The notes below the pieces were generated by a model that made no database searches, had not been told where the DNA came from, and saw only the letters and a program-made list of their open reading frames with translations. Positions 39,162 through 48,408 of a stretch of DNA of 64,000 nucleotides are shown piece by piece. This DNA comes from Candidatus Binatia bacterium. Lineage in GTDB: Bacteria; Desulfobacterota; Binatia; Bin18. The DNA is taken from contig OY761159.2 in NCBI GenBank assembly GCA_963664395.2, positions 1,824,001 through 1,888,000 of the forward strand. The letters run 5' to 3'. Numbering within the stretch: the stretch's first letter is position 1; every line of letters begins with the position of its first letter. Both the position numbers and the translations under genes were made by a program.

Positions 39162-39932
39162 TTAGAGCCGACTTGCAACGGACCATGAACCCCCATCAAC
39201 AATAAAGGTTGAACCGCTGATATAGGAAGCTTCATCAGAGGCCAAAAAGAGAATCGTGTTCGCAATCTCCTCGGGCTGACCAATGCGGCCCATGGGATGA
39301 TAGCGGGCCGCTTTCTCTATGGCTTCCGTACTCTGCGTACTCCCTCGGGCCTGCGGTGTGTCTACGAAACCCGGTGCAATGCAGTTCATCCGAATGCCTT
39401 GGGAAGTGTATTGGCTGGCTGCGACTGAGTTGAGATGGATGATCCCGGCTTTACTGACCGCATACGGCAGAGACTGGCTGTAGGCTTGAACACCAGCCAT
39501 AGAGGCAATGTTCACGATTGATCCGCCGCCATTCTTCAGCATGGCCGGGATGGCGGCTTTGCAGCAAAAGAAGAGTCCTTTGAGATTAGTCGACATAATG
39601 AGGTCCCAGTGCCGCTCGTCTACTTCTGCCAGCGGCGGCGTCAGGATGAGGACCCCGGCGGCGTTGACCAAAACGTCAAGGCGGCCAAAACGGTCAACCG
39701 CGTGGTCAACCATATGCGCTACCTGGTCCAGCTTGGACACATCTACGGCAACGGTCTCGATATCCGGACTGATCTTCTGAGCCAGATTTTTGGTCTGCTC
39801 CAGACCACCCAGGTTCCGGTCGGCGGCCACTACCTTGGCCCCCTCTTCGGCAAAGCGGAGGACCGTAGCGCGACCAATACCTGAAGCGCCACCGGTCACA
39901 ATAGCAATTTTGTCTGTCAATCTACCGGCCAT
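39162..39932 (-). CDS. SDR family oxidoreductase
   Basis: TGGASGIG, NAAG, YAVSK. Confidence 0.9.
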   Translation of the reverse strand: MAGRLTDKIAIVTGGASGIGRATVLRFAEEGAKVVAADRNLGGLEQTKNLAQKISPDIETVAVDVSKLDQVAHMVDHAVDRFGRLDVLVNAAGVLILTPPLAEVDERHWDLIMSTNLKGLFFCCKAAIPAMLKNGGGSIVNIASMAGVQAYSQSLPYAVSKAGIIHLNSVAASQYTSQGIRMNCIAPGFVDTPQARGSTQSTEAIEKAARYHPMGRIGQPEEIANTILFLASDEASYISGSTFIVDGGSWSVASRL

Positions 39933-39998
39933 CTTCTGCCTCCTCTCACGATGTTGGACACGGGTATTCTCGGGCTCTTTTCCGAGACATTCCAGCGC

Positions 39999-41042
39999 TT
40001 ACACAGGCGCGCCCCACGTCAACACGCGCCGTGGATTCTCCACGATCAACGTGTTGATCTGTTCTTCACTGAGTCCGCTTCGACTCAGCATGGGCACGAC
40101 ATTCTTGACCAGGTGAGCGTAGCCCCAGCCGCCGTAGCGGGTGAGTTGGACCTTCATCGCAATATCGTGGGACAGGAGCAATCGCTCTAAACAGCCTGCG
40201 TCAATCAGACGTTTCAGAGCGACGACACTCCCGGCGTCCGAACCCAGGTAGCGGCCAACGCTATCCACATAGAATTCCATGCCAAAGAAATCATACTCAA
40301 CATAAGCGCCACGTGCGGCCAGCGTCGTATGATATGCGATGTCGTCACTGGTCGGACTGAGATGACACAAGATCACCTGATTCGGATTTGCGCCTTCGCT
40401 TTCAAGAATATCAAGGACTTCGATCCCGTTTTTCTGCCACGGCAGCAGATGGACACTAATCGGCGCTCCGGTTCGACGCTGAGAGCGCGCGGCGGCGCGT
40501 AAGACCTTCTGTTCGTTCTCGCGGACCTTGAAGCTGGTGCCTATCTCGCCGATGAGACCGGAGCGCACCCCCGTATCCGCAACGCCTTGCGTGAGATCAC
40601 GTTCAATCTCATCTGCGATCATGTCAACGGACCGATCAAGCATGTCATAGGGATGGGAACGGCCAATATAATAGCCGGAACCCATAATAATATTGATCTC
40701 AGTAGCCTGGGCAACTTCTTGTAAGCCAAGCGGCGTGCGTCCGAGGCCATTATTCGTACAGTCCACCACACTGCTTCCACCGGCAGTCTTGAACCGGCGC
40801 AGTTCCTCAATAGCCAGGGCCGTGTCATCCAGAATACAGTTATCCAGGTTGCCAAAGGGTTCCCGACGAATTGCTCCGAGCGTCGACATTTCTACCGGAG
40901 CATGTACGAATGCCTTTTGCTCCTCGTCTTCCGGTTCTTCACACCACACCCGCAGATCAGTGAGGAGGTGTTCGTGCGTCAGGGTAATCCCCAGTGCCTC
41001 GGGCTCAATCGGGCCAAGAACGGTCATCACTTTGCCTTGCAT
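39999..41042 (-). CDS. Phosphotriesterase-related protein
   Basis: MTVLGPI, THEHL, GLIGEIG, SVH, CH, LLSHD, NPRR. Confidence 0.9.
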   Translation of the reverse strand: MQGKVMTVLGPIEPEALGITLTHEHLLTDLRVWCEEPEDEEQKAFVHAPVEMSTLGAIRREPFGNLDNCILDDTALAIEELRRFKTAGGSSVVDCTNNGLGRTPLGLQEVAQATEINIIMGSGYYIGRSHPYDMLDRSVDMIADEIERDLTQGVADTGVRSGLIGEIGTSFKVRENEQKVLRAAARSQRRTGAPISVHLLPWQKNGIEVLDILESEGANPNQVILCHLSPTSDDIAYHTTLAARGAYVEYDFFGMEFYVDSVGRYLGSDAGSVVALKRLIDAGCLERLLLSHDIAMKVQLTRYGGWGYAHLVKNVVPMLSRSGLSEEQINTLIVENPRRVLTWGAPV

Positions 41043-41200
41043 TGCTCTTCCTCCGCCGGAGTCATATTGAGGGAATAGTATTATTGAGGTAGAGGCAGGC
41101 TATACCAACTCATCTTTCAAAGAAAAGAGCGCCAGGTATTTTCTCTCGGTCTTCTTTTTGCAGAGAATCGGTCGCGCTCGGATGACAGGAGGTCTCCAGC

Positions 41201-41749
41201 ATGGCGAACAGTACACGACGCATCGTGACCGGACATGACACACACGGGCGGGCAATGGTCCTATACGACACCCCTGCGCCAGTATTCCACCCAAAGAACA
41301 GGCCGGGTGTTGAGGTAACCACGCTGTGGGTGACAACAGAGACACCCACGAGTGTGACTGACGCAACGGACCGTACGCAGGGTCAGGTCGCCCTGATTCC
41401 TCCCGCGAACGGCACGGTCTTCCGTATTGTCGAGTTTTCGCCGGAAAAAGAGTGGATCGATCAGATAGACCGGGAGGCCGCGCGGGAAAGCTTCGCTTCA
41501 TTCGGTGCGGAGCAGGCTCTGGATGACTCCGAGCAGCCCCGACATCCGCTCATGCACAAGACCGAAACGATTGATTACGCGATTGTCCTTTCGGGTGAAT
41601 GTTATCTGGTACTGGATGATTCTGAGGTACTCGTCACAGCTGGTGATGTCATTATCCAACGCGGCACCAATCACGCCTGGAGCAATCGCTCGGATCAGCC
41701 GTGCCGGATTGCGTTTGTTCTGATAGACGGAACTACTTCCGAGGCATAA
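41201..41749 (+). CDS. Cupin domain protein
   Basis: RRIVTGHD..G, MHKTETIDY, QRGTNHAWSN. Confidence 0.88.
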   Translation: MANSTRRIVTGHDTHGRAMVLYDTPAPVFHPKNRPGVEVTTLWVTTETPTSVTDATDRTQGQVALIPPANGTVFRIVEFSPEKEWIDQIDREAARESFASFGAEQALDDSEQPRHPLMHKTETIDYAIVLSGECYLVLDDSEVLVTAGDVIIQRGTNHAWSNRSDQPCRIAFVLIDGTTSEA

Positions 41750-41806
41750 GGGAACCACGAAGTCCTATTGCCGTAACTCCCCAAGTTGCTTAGGCTGGCA
41801 CCTCAT

Positions 41807-42315
41807 ATGAAGAAACGCCTGCCATTTATTTGGCCGTGGACGCCGAAAAGCTTGAGCAAATGCGTATCATCCTGGACAAATATACGATTCGCGCTCCGTG
41901 CAACTGCACGGTTCAGACCCGTTTGATTCGAGCCGGTGAGTACGTCAATCCAGGGACGGGTATTGCGACCCTGCTCGACCCGCTCGATAAATATGTCCGC
42001 GTCTACGTCCCTGTGCCCGACTTGGACAAAGTCCATGTTGGCGACAGCGTCACTATTGAACCTGACGCCCTGCCTGGTGTGCTTATTCCCGGTGAGATCA
42101 GCTTCATGGAAGACATCGCCCAGTTCACGCCCAAAAATATTGAAATCAAGAGCGACCGGATTACCCAAGTATTTGCGACCAAAGTGCGCATTTTAGACCA
42201 ACTCGAACGCCTGAAACCGGGTATGGAAGGAACCGCGTACTTGAACAGCGCGCGTCAGACCGAGCAGCCTGACGAGCCGACGGAGCGTCTCCAAGAGGCG
42301 CAGGCCTCGCCATGA
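41807..42315 (+). pseudogene. HlyD-family membrane fusion protein with large internal deletion
   Basis: MKKRLPFI start (41807) is out of frame with the C-terminal IRAP...GEYV.PG...QFTPKN...LKPGM; TM anchor and coiled coil are missing. Confidence 0.7.
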
Positions 42316-43226
42316 CAACAGCGCCCCAGACACCAGTTGTCGCCCTGACTCAGCTCCATAAACAGTTCGATGCTACCATCGCTTTAGACGGGATTGATCT
42401 CGTCATTGATCGGCCGTGCATCTTTGGTGTGGTCGGCCCGGATGGCGCTGGCAAGACCACCCTTTTGCGTTCTCTCGTTGGACTGCTGGAATTTGAGGCC
42501 GCCCAGGCTCACATCCTGGGCTACGATGTTGTGCGTGAACCGCACCGCATCCGAGAACGTTTAGGCTATGTGCCGCAAGCGTTCGGCCTCTACCCTGAAT
42601 TAAACGTTCTGCATAACCTCAAATTCTTTGCTGATATTCACGGCATTACCGCTTCCACGTTTCAGCAGCGCTCAGAAGAGCTGCTGACTATTGCCGGTCT
42701 CGAGGACTTCCAAGCCCGCGAGACCGGCGCCCTGTCGGGCGGGATGAAACAAAAGCTGGCGGTGATCTGTGCGTTGATCCATCGCCCCCAGCTCCTGATT
42801 TTAGACGAGCCGAATAGCGGCGTGGATGTCATTGCCCGGGGTGAGGTGTGGGAGATCCTGCGCCATTTGCAGGACGTGACCATTATTATGTCCACCGGCT
42901 ATCTCGACGAGGCCGAGCGGTGCGATGAGCTGATCTATCTGTATGAGGGCCGTATCCGTACCCGTGGCACGCCGGATGCTATTCGATCGAACTACCCGTA
43001 TCAGGCATATAGTCCGGTCGGCAGAAACGTAGAGGCGGCGCTCGCCGCCCTCCAGCCTGCGGCCTGGCTCGTCCGAACGCAAACGCTGGCCGGCAGCGTC
43101 GTGCTGGAGTCAACGGCTAAGATTGCCCAGGTTCGCGCCGGGCTGCACGAGCTGGGCACGACAGAGGTTTGGGTCGAGCCGCTGGCAGGCCAAGCTGGCG
43201 CGCCTCCTGACCCTGCTGTGGCGTGA
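42312..43226 (+). CDS. ABC transporter ATP-binding protein (C-terminus probably altered)
   Basis: GPDGAGKT, LSGGMKQK, ILDEP. Confidence 0.85.
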   Translation: MTTAPQTPVVALTQLHKQFDATIALDGIDLVIDRPCIFGVVGPDGAGKTTLLRSLVGLLEFEAAQAHILGYDVVREPHRIRERLGYVPQAFGLYPELNVLHNLKFFADIHGITASTFQQRSEELLTIAGLEDFQARETGALSGGMKQKLAVICALIHRPQLLILDEPNSGVDVIARGEVWEILRHLQDVTIIMSTGYLDEAERCDELIYLYEGRIRTRGTPDAIRSNYPYQAYSPVGRNVEAALAALQPAAWLVRTQTLAGSVVLESTAKIAQVRAGLHELGTTEVWVEPLAGQAGAPPDPAVA

Positions 43227-44319
43227 GTCACTGGAGTTGCGCCGTGACCGTTTTACGCTGGGCGTCTTGTTTCTGATGCCAGTCATGCAACTGGTGCTGT
43301 TCTCCTACATCATTACCACCGACTTCGATCATCTGCCCCTGGGCGTCCTGGACCAGTCCCGTACCCGTCACAGTCGAGCTTTGCTGGAGGCCATTGAATC
43401 CACCGGATACTTCACCGTTTTGCCGCTGCGTGACCTGGACGAGGTGCATCACATGTTCGGCCGAGAACAGAGCCGGGCCGCTTTGGTGATCCCGCCAAAC
43501 TTCAGCGAGACCATCGTCAACGGGAAAGAGGTCCGACTGGGACTCTTGCTGGACGGCTCAGACACAACCTTAAGTACCAGCACCGAAGGGTTTCTCACCG
43601 CTATTGCGACGACCTATTACACCCAGAGTCGTCTGGAGCGCAGCCCGCCCACGGAACGCAATCTCCGACCGGTCGGGCAGGTGACGGCGACACGACGGGC
43701 GCTGTTTAACCCCAGCCTGTCCGGAACAGCCTATATGATCCCCGGCCTGCTGGGTTTGATCACCCTTTTTGTGACTGTGCTCAATACCACCCTGGCCATG
43801 GTCCGTGAGCGCGATGCCGGCACGCTCGAACAACTCCTGGTCACACTCGTGACGTCGACCGAGGTGGTGTTCGGGAAGATTCTGCCTTTTGGCGGGGTCG
43901 CCCTAGTGGCGGCGATGCTCATCGTGGTGGTGGGCTGGCTGTTCTTTGGCGTTATTCCCAAGGGGAGCCTGCTGCTGCTGTTTGCCATTGCTCTGGTGTT
44001 TATGCTGGCGACGCTCGCGTTTGGAATTTTCTGCTCTGCGTGGGCAGACAACCAGCAGCAGGCGATTTTTCTGAGCTTCTTTGTGATGTTTCCTTCAGTG
44101 ATTATCACCGGCATCCTTGTCCCAACCGAGAATTATCCACCCTTCGTCAGCTTCCTGTCCCACTGCCTGCCCGCCCGTTATTTCGCCCATGCGCTGCGGT
44201 CCATCATTCTGAAAGGCGCCGACTTTGCCGCAGTTGCCCAGGATTTGATTTTCCTCACGAGCTTTTTCCTGGTCGCGTTGTGGGCAGCGGTCAAGGTGAC
44301 AAAGCCGAAGTTGGGGTGA
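43123..44319 (+). CDS. ABC-2 type permease (start uncertain or lost)
   Basis: RESLELRRD, IPGL, VRERDAGTLEQL, GKILP; only a TTG inside the ATPase gene is available as a start. Confidence 0.8.
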   Translation: MPRFAPGCTSWARQRFGSSRWQAKLARLLTLLWRESLELRRDRFTLGVLFLMPVMQLVLFSYIITTDFDHLPLGVLDQSRTRHSRALLEAIESTGYFTVLPLRDLDEVHHMFGREQSRAALVIPPNFSETIVNGKEVRLGLLLDGSDTTLSTSTEGFLTAIATTYYTQSRLERSPPTERNLRPVGQVTATRRALFNPSLSGTAYMIPGLLGLITLFVTVLNTTLAMVRERDAGTLEQLLVTLVTSTEVVFGKILPFGGVALVAAMLIVVVGWLFFGVIPKGSLLLLFAIALVFMLATLAFGIFCSAWADNQQQAIFLSFFVMFPSVIITGILVPTENYPPFVSFLSHCLPARYFAHALRSIILKGADFAAVAQDLIFLTSFFLVALWAAVKVTKPKLG

Positions 44320-44455
44320 CAGGGTGCCTGCTTGGGCAGTCACGAAAAGAATAGTGTACCATTGCTGCGAAAATAGAAATCCATTTGGCGAGTTCTACTT
44401 ATCCTGAACGAACGCGATTGTCCCTCGTCGTCTCATTCCGATCACAGGAGAAAAT

Positions 44456-45262
44456 ATGAGCAAAGAGCTAGATATAAAGGCATATAGAGAAGCAAAGAGA
44501 TTCCTTCTTCGCAATACTCCTAAGGAGGTTACGCGCGAAGTTGTAGAGTCTTATCTTGATCCCGATTCTGCCATTAAGGTCTCTACGGTCAACGATCTTT
44601 ACTACCGAATTTTAGTTTCAGCGCAGAATGCTAATAGGAAGCCGAAAGTAATTGGGGAGTCCATTGGTGGTGTGGAAAAACTGGCATCCGTACTCTTTGG
44701 TTTTTGTCCCTCAGAAGTATTAGCAAAATACGAAGGGAATCCAGAAGGCATTCTGGAGACGATAATTGAAAAGCTCAGGCCAAATGGAGAGATAGGACGA
44801 ACACCAAGAAGCATTTGGCCCCAATATTGTCAAACCATTCTTTCAGCGGCCGAGTTTTTCTCACAGTTTGAAAGTTCCAAAGACTTTTTTGATTGGGCCA
44901 AACATTTTCCTAGTGACAAAAGATCATTCACGGCATTGCCCTTGGTGTTGGCGGCCGAGATTTATGGGATAGGGTTCCCCCTTGCGTGTGACTTCCTGAA
45001 AGAGCTTGGATTTGACTTTGGCAAACCTGACGTACATATCGTTTATCAATTCAAAGCGTTAGGATTAGTTAAAAAAAATCCATCGGAATACCTGGTACTC
45101 AAGGCTATAAAGAGAGTTGCCGAGCACGTAGGGGTCTGCGCATACAATGTGGATAAGGTATTCTGGCTTATAGGGAGTGGGAATTTCTATAATCATAAAT
45201 CTATTGGTACTATAGGCAGTATGAAGAAAGATTTTATCAAACAGTGGAAAACTATGGCATAG
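44456..45262 (+). CDS. HhH-GPD superfamily DNA glycosylase-like protein
   Basis: AGGAG RBS; EIYGIGFPLACDFLKELG...KPDVH; markedly AT-richer than flanks. Confidence 0.65.
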   Translation: MSKELDIKAYREAKRFLLRNTPKEVTREVVESYLDPDSAIKVSTVNDLYYRILVSAQNANRKPKVIGESIGGVEKLASVLFGFCPSEVLAKYEGNPEGILETIIEKLRPNGEIGRTPRSIWPQYCQTILSAAEFFSQFESSKDFFDWAKHFPSDKRSFTALPLVLAAEIYGIGFPLACDFLKELGFDFGKPDVHIVYQFKALGLVKKNPSEYLVLKAIKRVAEHVGVCAYNVDKVFWLIGSGNFYNHKSIGTIGSMKKDFIKQWKTMA

Positions 45263-45271
45263 AGGAATCAC

Positions 45272-46768
45272 ATGTCGTTCAAGCTGGAAGAAACCACCAT
45301 CTCAAAAATTCACACCGCCCTACGCGCCGGTGAAACAAGCTGTGTCGATCTTGTAAACGGCTATCTTGCCCGAATTGAGGCATACGACCGGAGCGGCCCG
45401 ACGATTAATTCTATCGTAACCGTGAATCCGCACGCTCGGGACGAAGCCGCCCGGCTTGATGCTCAGCTCGCAACGTCCGGCCAGTTGTCAGGCCCGTTGC
45501 ACGGCATTCCCGTTGTCGTGAAGGATCAGGCGGAAACGGCCGGGATTATGACCTGCTTTGGCTCGATAGCCTTGGACGGTTATATTCCTACCAAAGACGC
45601 TACCGCTATAGCCAAGCTCCATGCAGCCGGCGCAATCATTCTGGCCAAGACGGCTATGCCGGACTTTGCCACCTCCTGGTTCGGATACTCGTCCAAGTCC
45701 GGCACAACCAGGAACCCGTATGATCTGGCCCACGATCCGGGCGGCTCAAGCGGCGGCACCGGTGCGGCGGTTGCGGCTAATCTGGGTGCTATTGGGTTGG
45801 GTGAGGACACCGGCGGCTCGATCCGTTTGCCGTCTTCGTTCGATAATCTGGTCGGCCTCAAGGTCACACCCGGCCTCATCAGTCGGGCGGGTATGTCGCC
45901 ACTTGTAGTCTTCCAGGACTCTGCCGGCCCCATGTGTCGTACAGTCACGGATACGGCAAAAATGCTTGAGGTATTGGTTGGATTTGATCCAGCCGACCCA
46001 TACACGGCGACGGCTGTTATTGCAGGCGCAGTCAAATATTCGGAACGGCTCGACAAGGCCGCCCTCTCGGGTGCCCGGATCGGTGTGGTCCGCCAGGTAT
46101 TTGGGGATGCTTCCGACCCGCAGGCCGCCGAGGTCAATGCGATCATCGAAGCGGCACTGGCAGCGATGGTCACCGCCGGCGCAACTCCGGTTGATATAGC
46201 GATCCCCGATCTACAGCACTATATCGAATTATCTTCGATGTACGTCACGCATTCGCGCCACGATATCGACGGCTTTTTGGCAGCCCGCCCTCAACTGCCG
46301 CTGAAAACGCTGAAAGACATCGTCGATGCTAAAAAATACCATCCCAAATGTGACCTCATTGATGCCCTGGTCGAAGGCCCCGAAGACCCCTACTCCGACC
46401 CTGAGTACTATCAGCGCTATACCGCCCGCGAACAGTTCCAGCGGGTCGTGATCAATGAGATGGCAAAGGTAGGGGCAACAGCGCTCGCCTTTCCAACCAC
46501 ACAAGTACCCTCACCGTCGAGGGCGGAGCTTGATGCGGGTAAATGGCCCCTGCTGGATTTTCCGACCAACACGCTCATCGCAGCCCAGACCTGGATGCCG
46601 GCCGTGAGCGTACCGGCGGGCTTTACCCCCGGCGGTCTACCCGTGGGTTTGGAGATCGTCGGCCTGCCGTATCGTGAAGCCGAGCTCCTTTCGTTAGCCT
46701 ACGCGTATGAACAGCTCAGCCGGCATCGCACACCATCCGCCCACGTTCCCGAGTTGACGGGGGAGTAG
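45272..46768 (+). CDS. Amidase signature family protein
   Basis: GPLHGIPVVVKD, GGSSGG, GEDTGGSIRLPS. Confidence 0.92.
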   Translation: MSFKLEETTISKIHTALRAGETSCVDLVNGYLARIEAYDRSGPTINSIVTVNPHARDEAARLDAQLATSGQLSGPLHGIPVVVKDQAETAGIMTCFGSIALDGYIPTKDATAIAKLHAAGAIILAKTAMPDFATSWFGYSSKSGTTRNPYDLAHDPGGSSGGTGAAVAANLGAIGLGEDTGGSIRLPSSFDNLVGLKVTPGLISRAGMSPLVVFQDSAGPMCRTVTDTAKMLEVLVGFDPADPYTATAVIAGAVKYSERLDKAALSGARIGVVRQVFGDASDPQAAEVNAIIEAALAAMVTAGATPVDIAIPDLQHYIELSSMYVTHSRHDIDGFLAARPQLPLKTLKDIVDAKKYHPKCDLIDALVEGPEDPYSDPEYYQRYTAREQFQRVVINEMAKVGATALAFPTTQVPSPSRAELDAGKWPLLDFPTNTLIAAQTWMPAVSVPAGFTPGGLPVGLEIVGLPYREAELLSLAYAYEQLSRHRTPSAHVPELTGE

Positions 46769-46771
46769 GGT

Positions 46772-48061
46772 CTACACCCGCTCCGTGTCAAAGAAGCGCA
46801 GCAATATCCGGCTCAGATGAAACGCGTCGGCGGTCCCCGCAACTTCCCGAATGGAATGCATCGCCCACTGTGGGACGCCGACATCTATGGTTCGCACCCC
46901 AATCTCGGCCGCGGTCAGTGGCCCGATAGTGCTGCCGCAGGCCATGTCGCTCCGCACGACAAAGGCCTGGACCGGTACGTCCGTGTCCGCGGCCAATTTG
47001 TGCAGGATAGCGCTGGTTTCGCTGTTGCTCGCATAGCGTTGGTTGGCATTGAGTTTAATGACCACGCCGTGATTCAGGCGGGGGCCGTGGTTGTCGTCGT
47101 GCCGGTCGGAAAAGTTCGGATGCACGCCGTGGGCATTATCGGTCGAGATCAGCATGGAGCGGGCCAGGGCGCGTCCGCGCTCTTCCGCGTCCGGCATGAC
47201 GCGTTCCAACATATGTTTCAGCATGGGCCCACACGCACCGGACGCCGACGTACTGCCGACCTCTTCGTGATCGTTGCACACCAGCAGCGCGCCGTGTTCG
47301 CTAGCGCTCGTCGTGAGGGCCTGGAGGCCGACAAAACAGCTCAACAGGTTGTCCAGGCGGGCCGAGGTGATGAATTCGTTTGCCAGGCCGACAAGCTGCG
47401 GCGGCTGGGTGTCATAGAAAAACAGTTCATAGTCCAGTACCTGACGGACATCCGTGACGCCGTTTGCTTCGAGCCGTTTCTGCAGGAGAGCTTTGAAATC
47501 CAGCTTGTCATCAGCTTGGCCGACGATGGGCGGCAGATAGGTCTGGGCGTTGATTGAACGGCTCTTATTCGCCTCGCGGTCGAGATGAATGGCCAGACTG
47601 GGAATAACGGCCAGCGCTTGGGCGAAATCGAGCAGCGCGTGGGCCACCTCGTTCTGCTGACTCAGATAACTGACCCGCCCGGCCAGTGATAAATCACGAT
47701 CAAACCAGGGATTGAGCAACGCGCCGCCATAGACCTCGACCCCGAGTTGCAGATAGCCGTGGCGATGTAATTCGGGCTGGGGCTTGACCTTCAGGCCCGG
47801 CGAATCCGTATGGGCGCCGACCAGGCGAAAGCCACTCTCGGCCAGGGGGCAGCGCGTCGGCATCCTCCAGGCAATAAGGGCCGAGTCATTGCGGCTGAGC
47901 CAATAGCGACCGCCTGGGACGAGCTGCCATGCCTCGGCCTCGTCCAGGCGCTCAAAGCCCGCGTCCGACAGCCGCGCGGCCATCTGGGCGACCGCGTGGA
48001 ACGGAGTTGGTGATGATGCTAAGAATTCGATCAGGGCTTGGTTGAACTGGTCTTGATCCAT
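46772..48061 (-). CDS. M18 family aspartyl aminopeptidase
   Basis: SPTPFHAV, GAHTDSP, RLDNL, DHEEVGS, DNAH.HPN, CGSTIGP, MHSIRE. Confidence 0.93.
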   Translation of the reverse strand: MDQDQFNQALIEFLASSPTPFHAVAQMAARLSDAGFERLDEAEAWQLVPGGRYWLSRNDSALIAWRMPTRCPLAESGFRLVGAHTDSPGLKVKPQPELHRHGYLQLGVEVYGGALLNPWFDRDLSLAGRVSYLSQQNEVAHALLDFAQALAVIPSLAIHLDREANKSRSINAQTYLPPIVGQADDKLDFKALLQKRLEANGVTDVRQVLDYELFFYDTQPPQLVGLANEFITSARLDNLLSCFVGLQALTTSASEHGALLVCNDHEEVGSTSASGACGPMLKHMLERVMPDAEERGRALARSMLISTDNAHGVHPNFSDRHDDNHGPRLNHGVVIKLNANQRYASNSETSAILHKLAADTDVPVQAFVVRSDMACGSTIGPLTAAEIGVRTIDVGVPQWAMHSIREVAGTADAFHLSRILLRFFDTERV

Positions 48062-48182
48062 TACTCCCTCCGCTCGTCACCGGGTGTGTATATATGGACG
48101 ATTCTCCAATACCATGAAGCGCCCAATGCGAGCCACGGCTATGAACGGCTATGAAAAGAAAACTGGGCGCGGGGAGGCTGAT

Positions 48183-48382
48183 ATGCACGGCATAACACTG
48201 GCATTGATCGCGTGGGCGTTTTACTTCCGTGCCTGACGCCGTCCTGGGCCTATGCCCATAGGGGCTTCGGACCGGCAGAATTGGGCCTGCCGCTCGGGGC
48301 GACGGTGGGGCTCGGCGTGGTGTGCTATTGGGTCGTGATGCTCTGGCCCGCGTCGAAGAAGAAGGACTCCTCGGAACGGTAG
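48183..48382 (+). pseudogene. Possible frameshifted small membrane protein
   Basis: GGAGG-ATG 48183 (MHGITLALIAWA) and, in another frame, AYAHRGFGPAELG...CYWVVMLWP, ending in the REP. Confidence 0.3.
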
Positions 48383-48406
48383 GGGCGACGCATGCATCGC
48401 CCCTAC
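48379..48406. repeat. GTAG-type REP palindrome
   Basis: GTAGGGGCGACGCATGCATCGCCCCTAC, near-perfect 28-bp palindrome 2 nt past the FadB-like stop. Confidence 0.75.
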
Positions 48407-48408
48407 TC

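Noticed and set aside
40184-40197. CTCTAAACAGCC resembling the 58.1/58.6 kb motif
   Set aside because: Lies inside the phosphotriesterase coding sequence and matches only partly; probably chance
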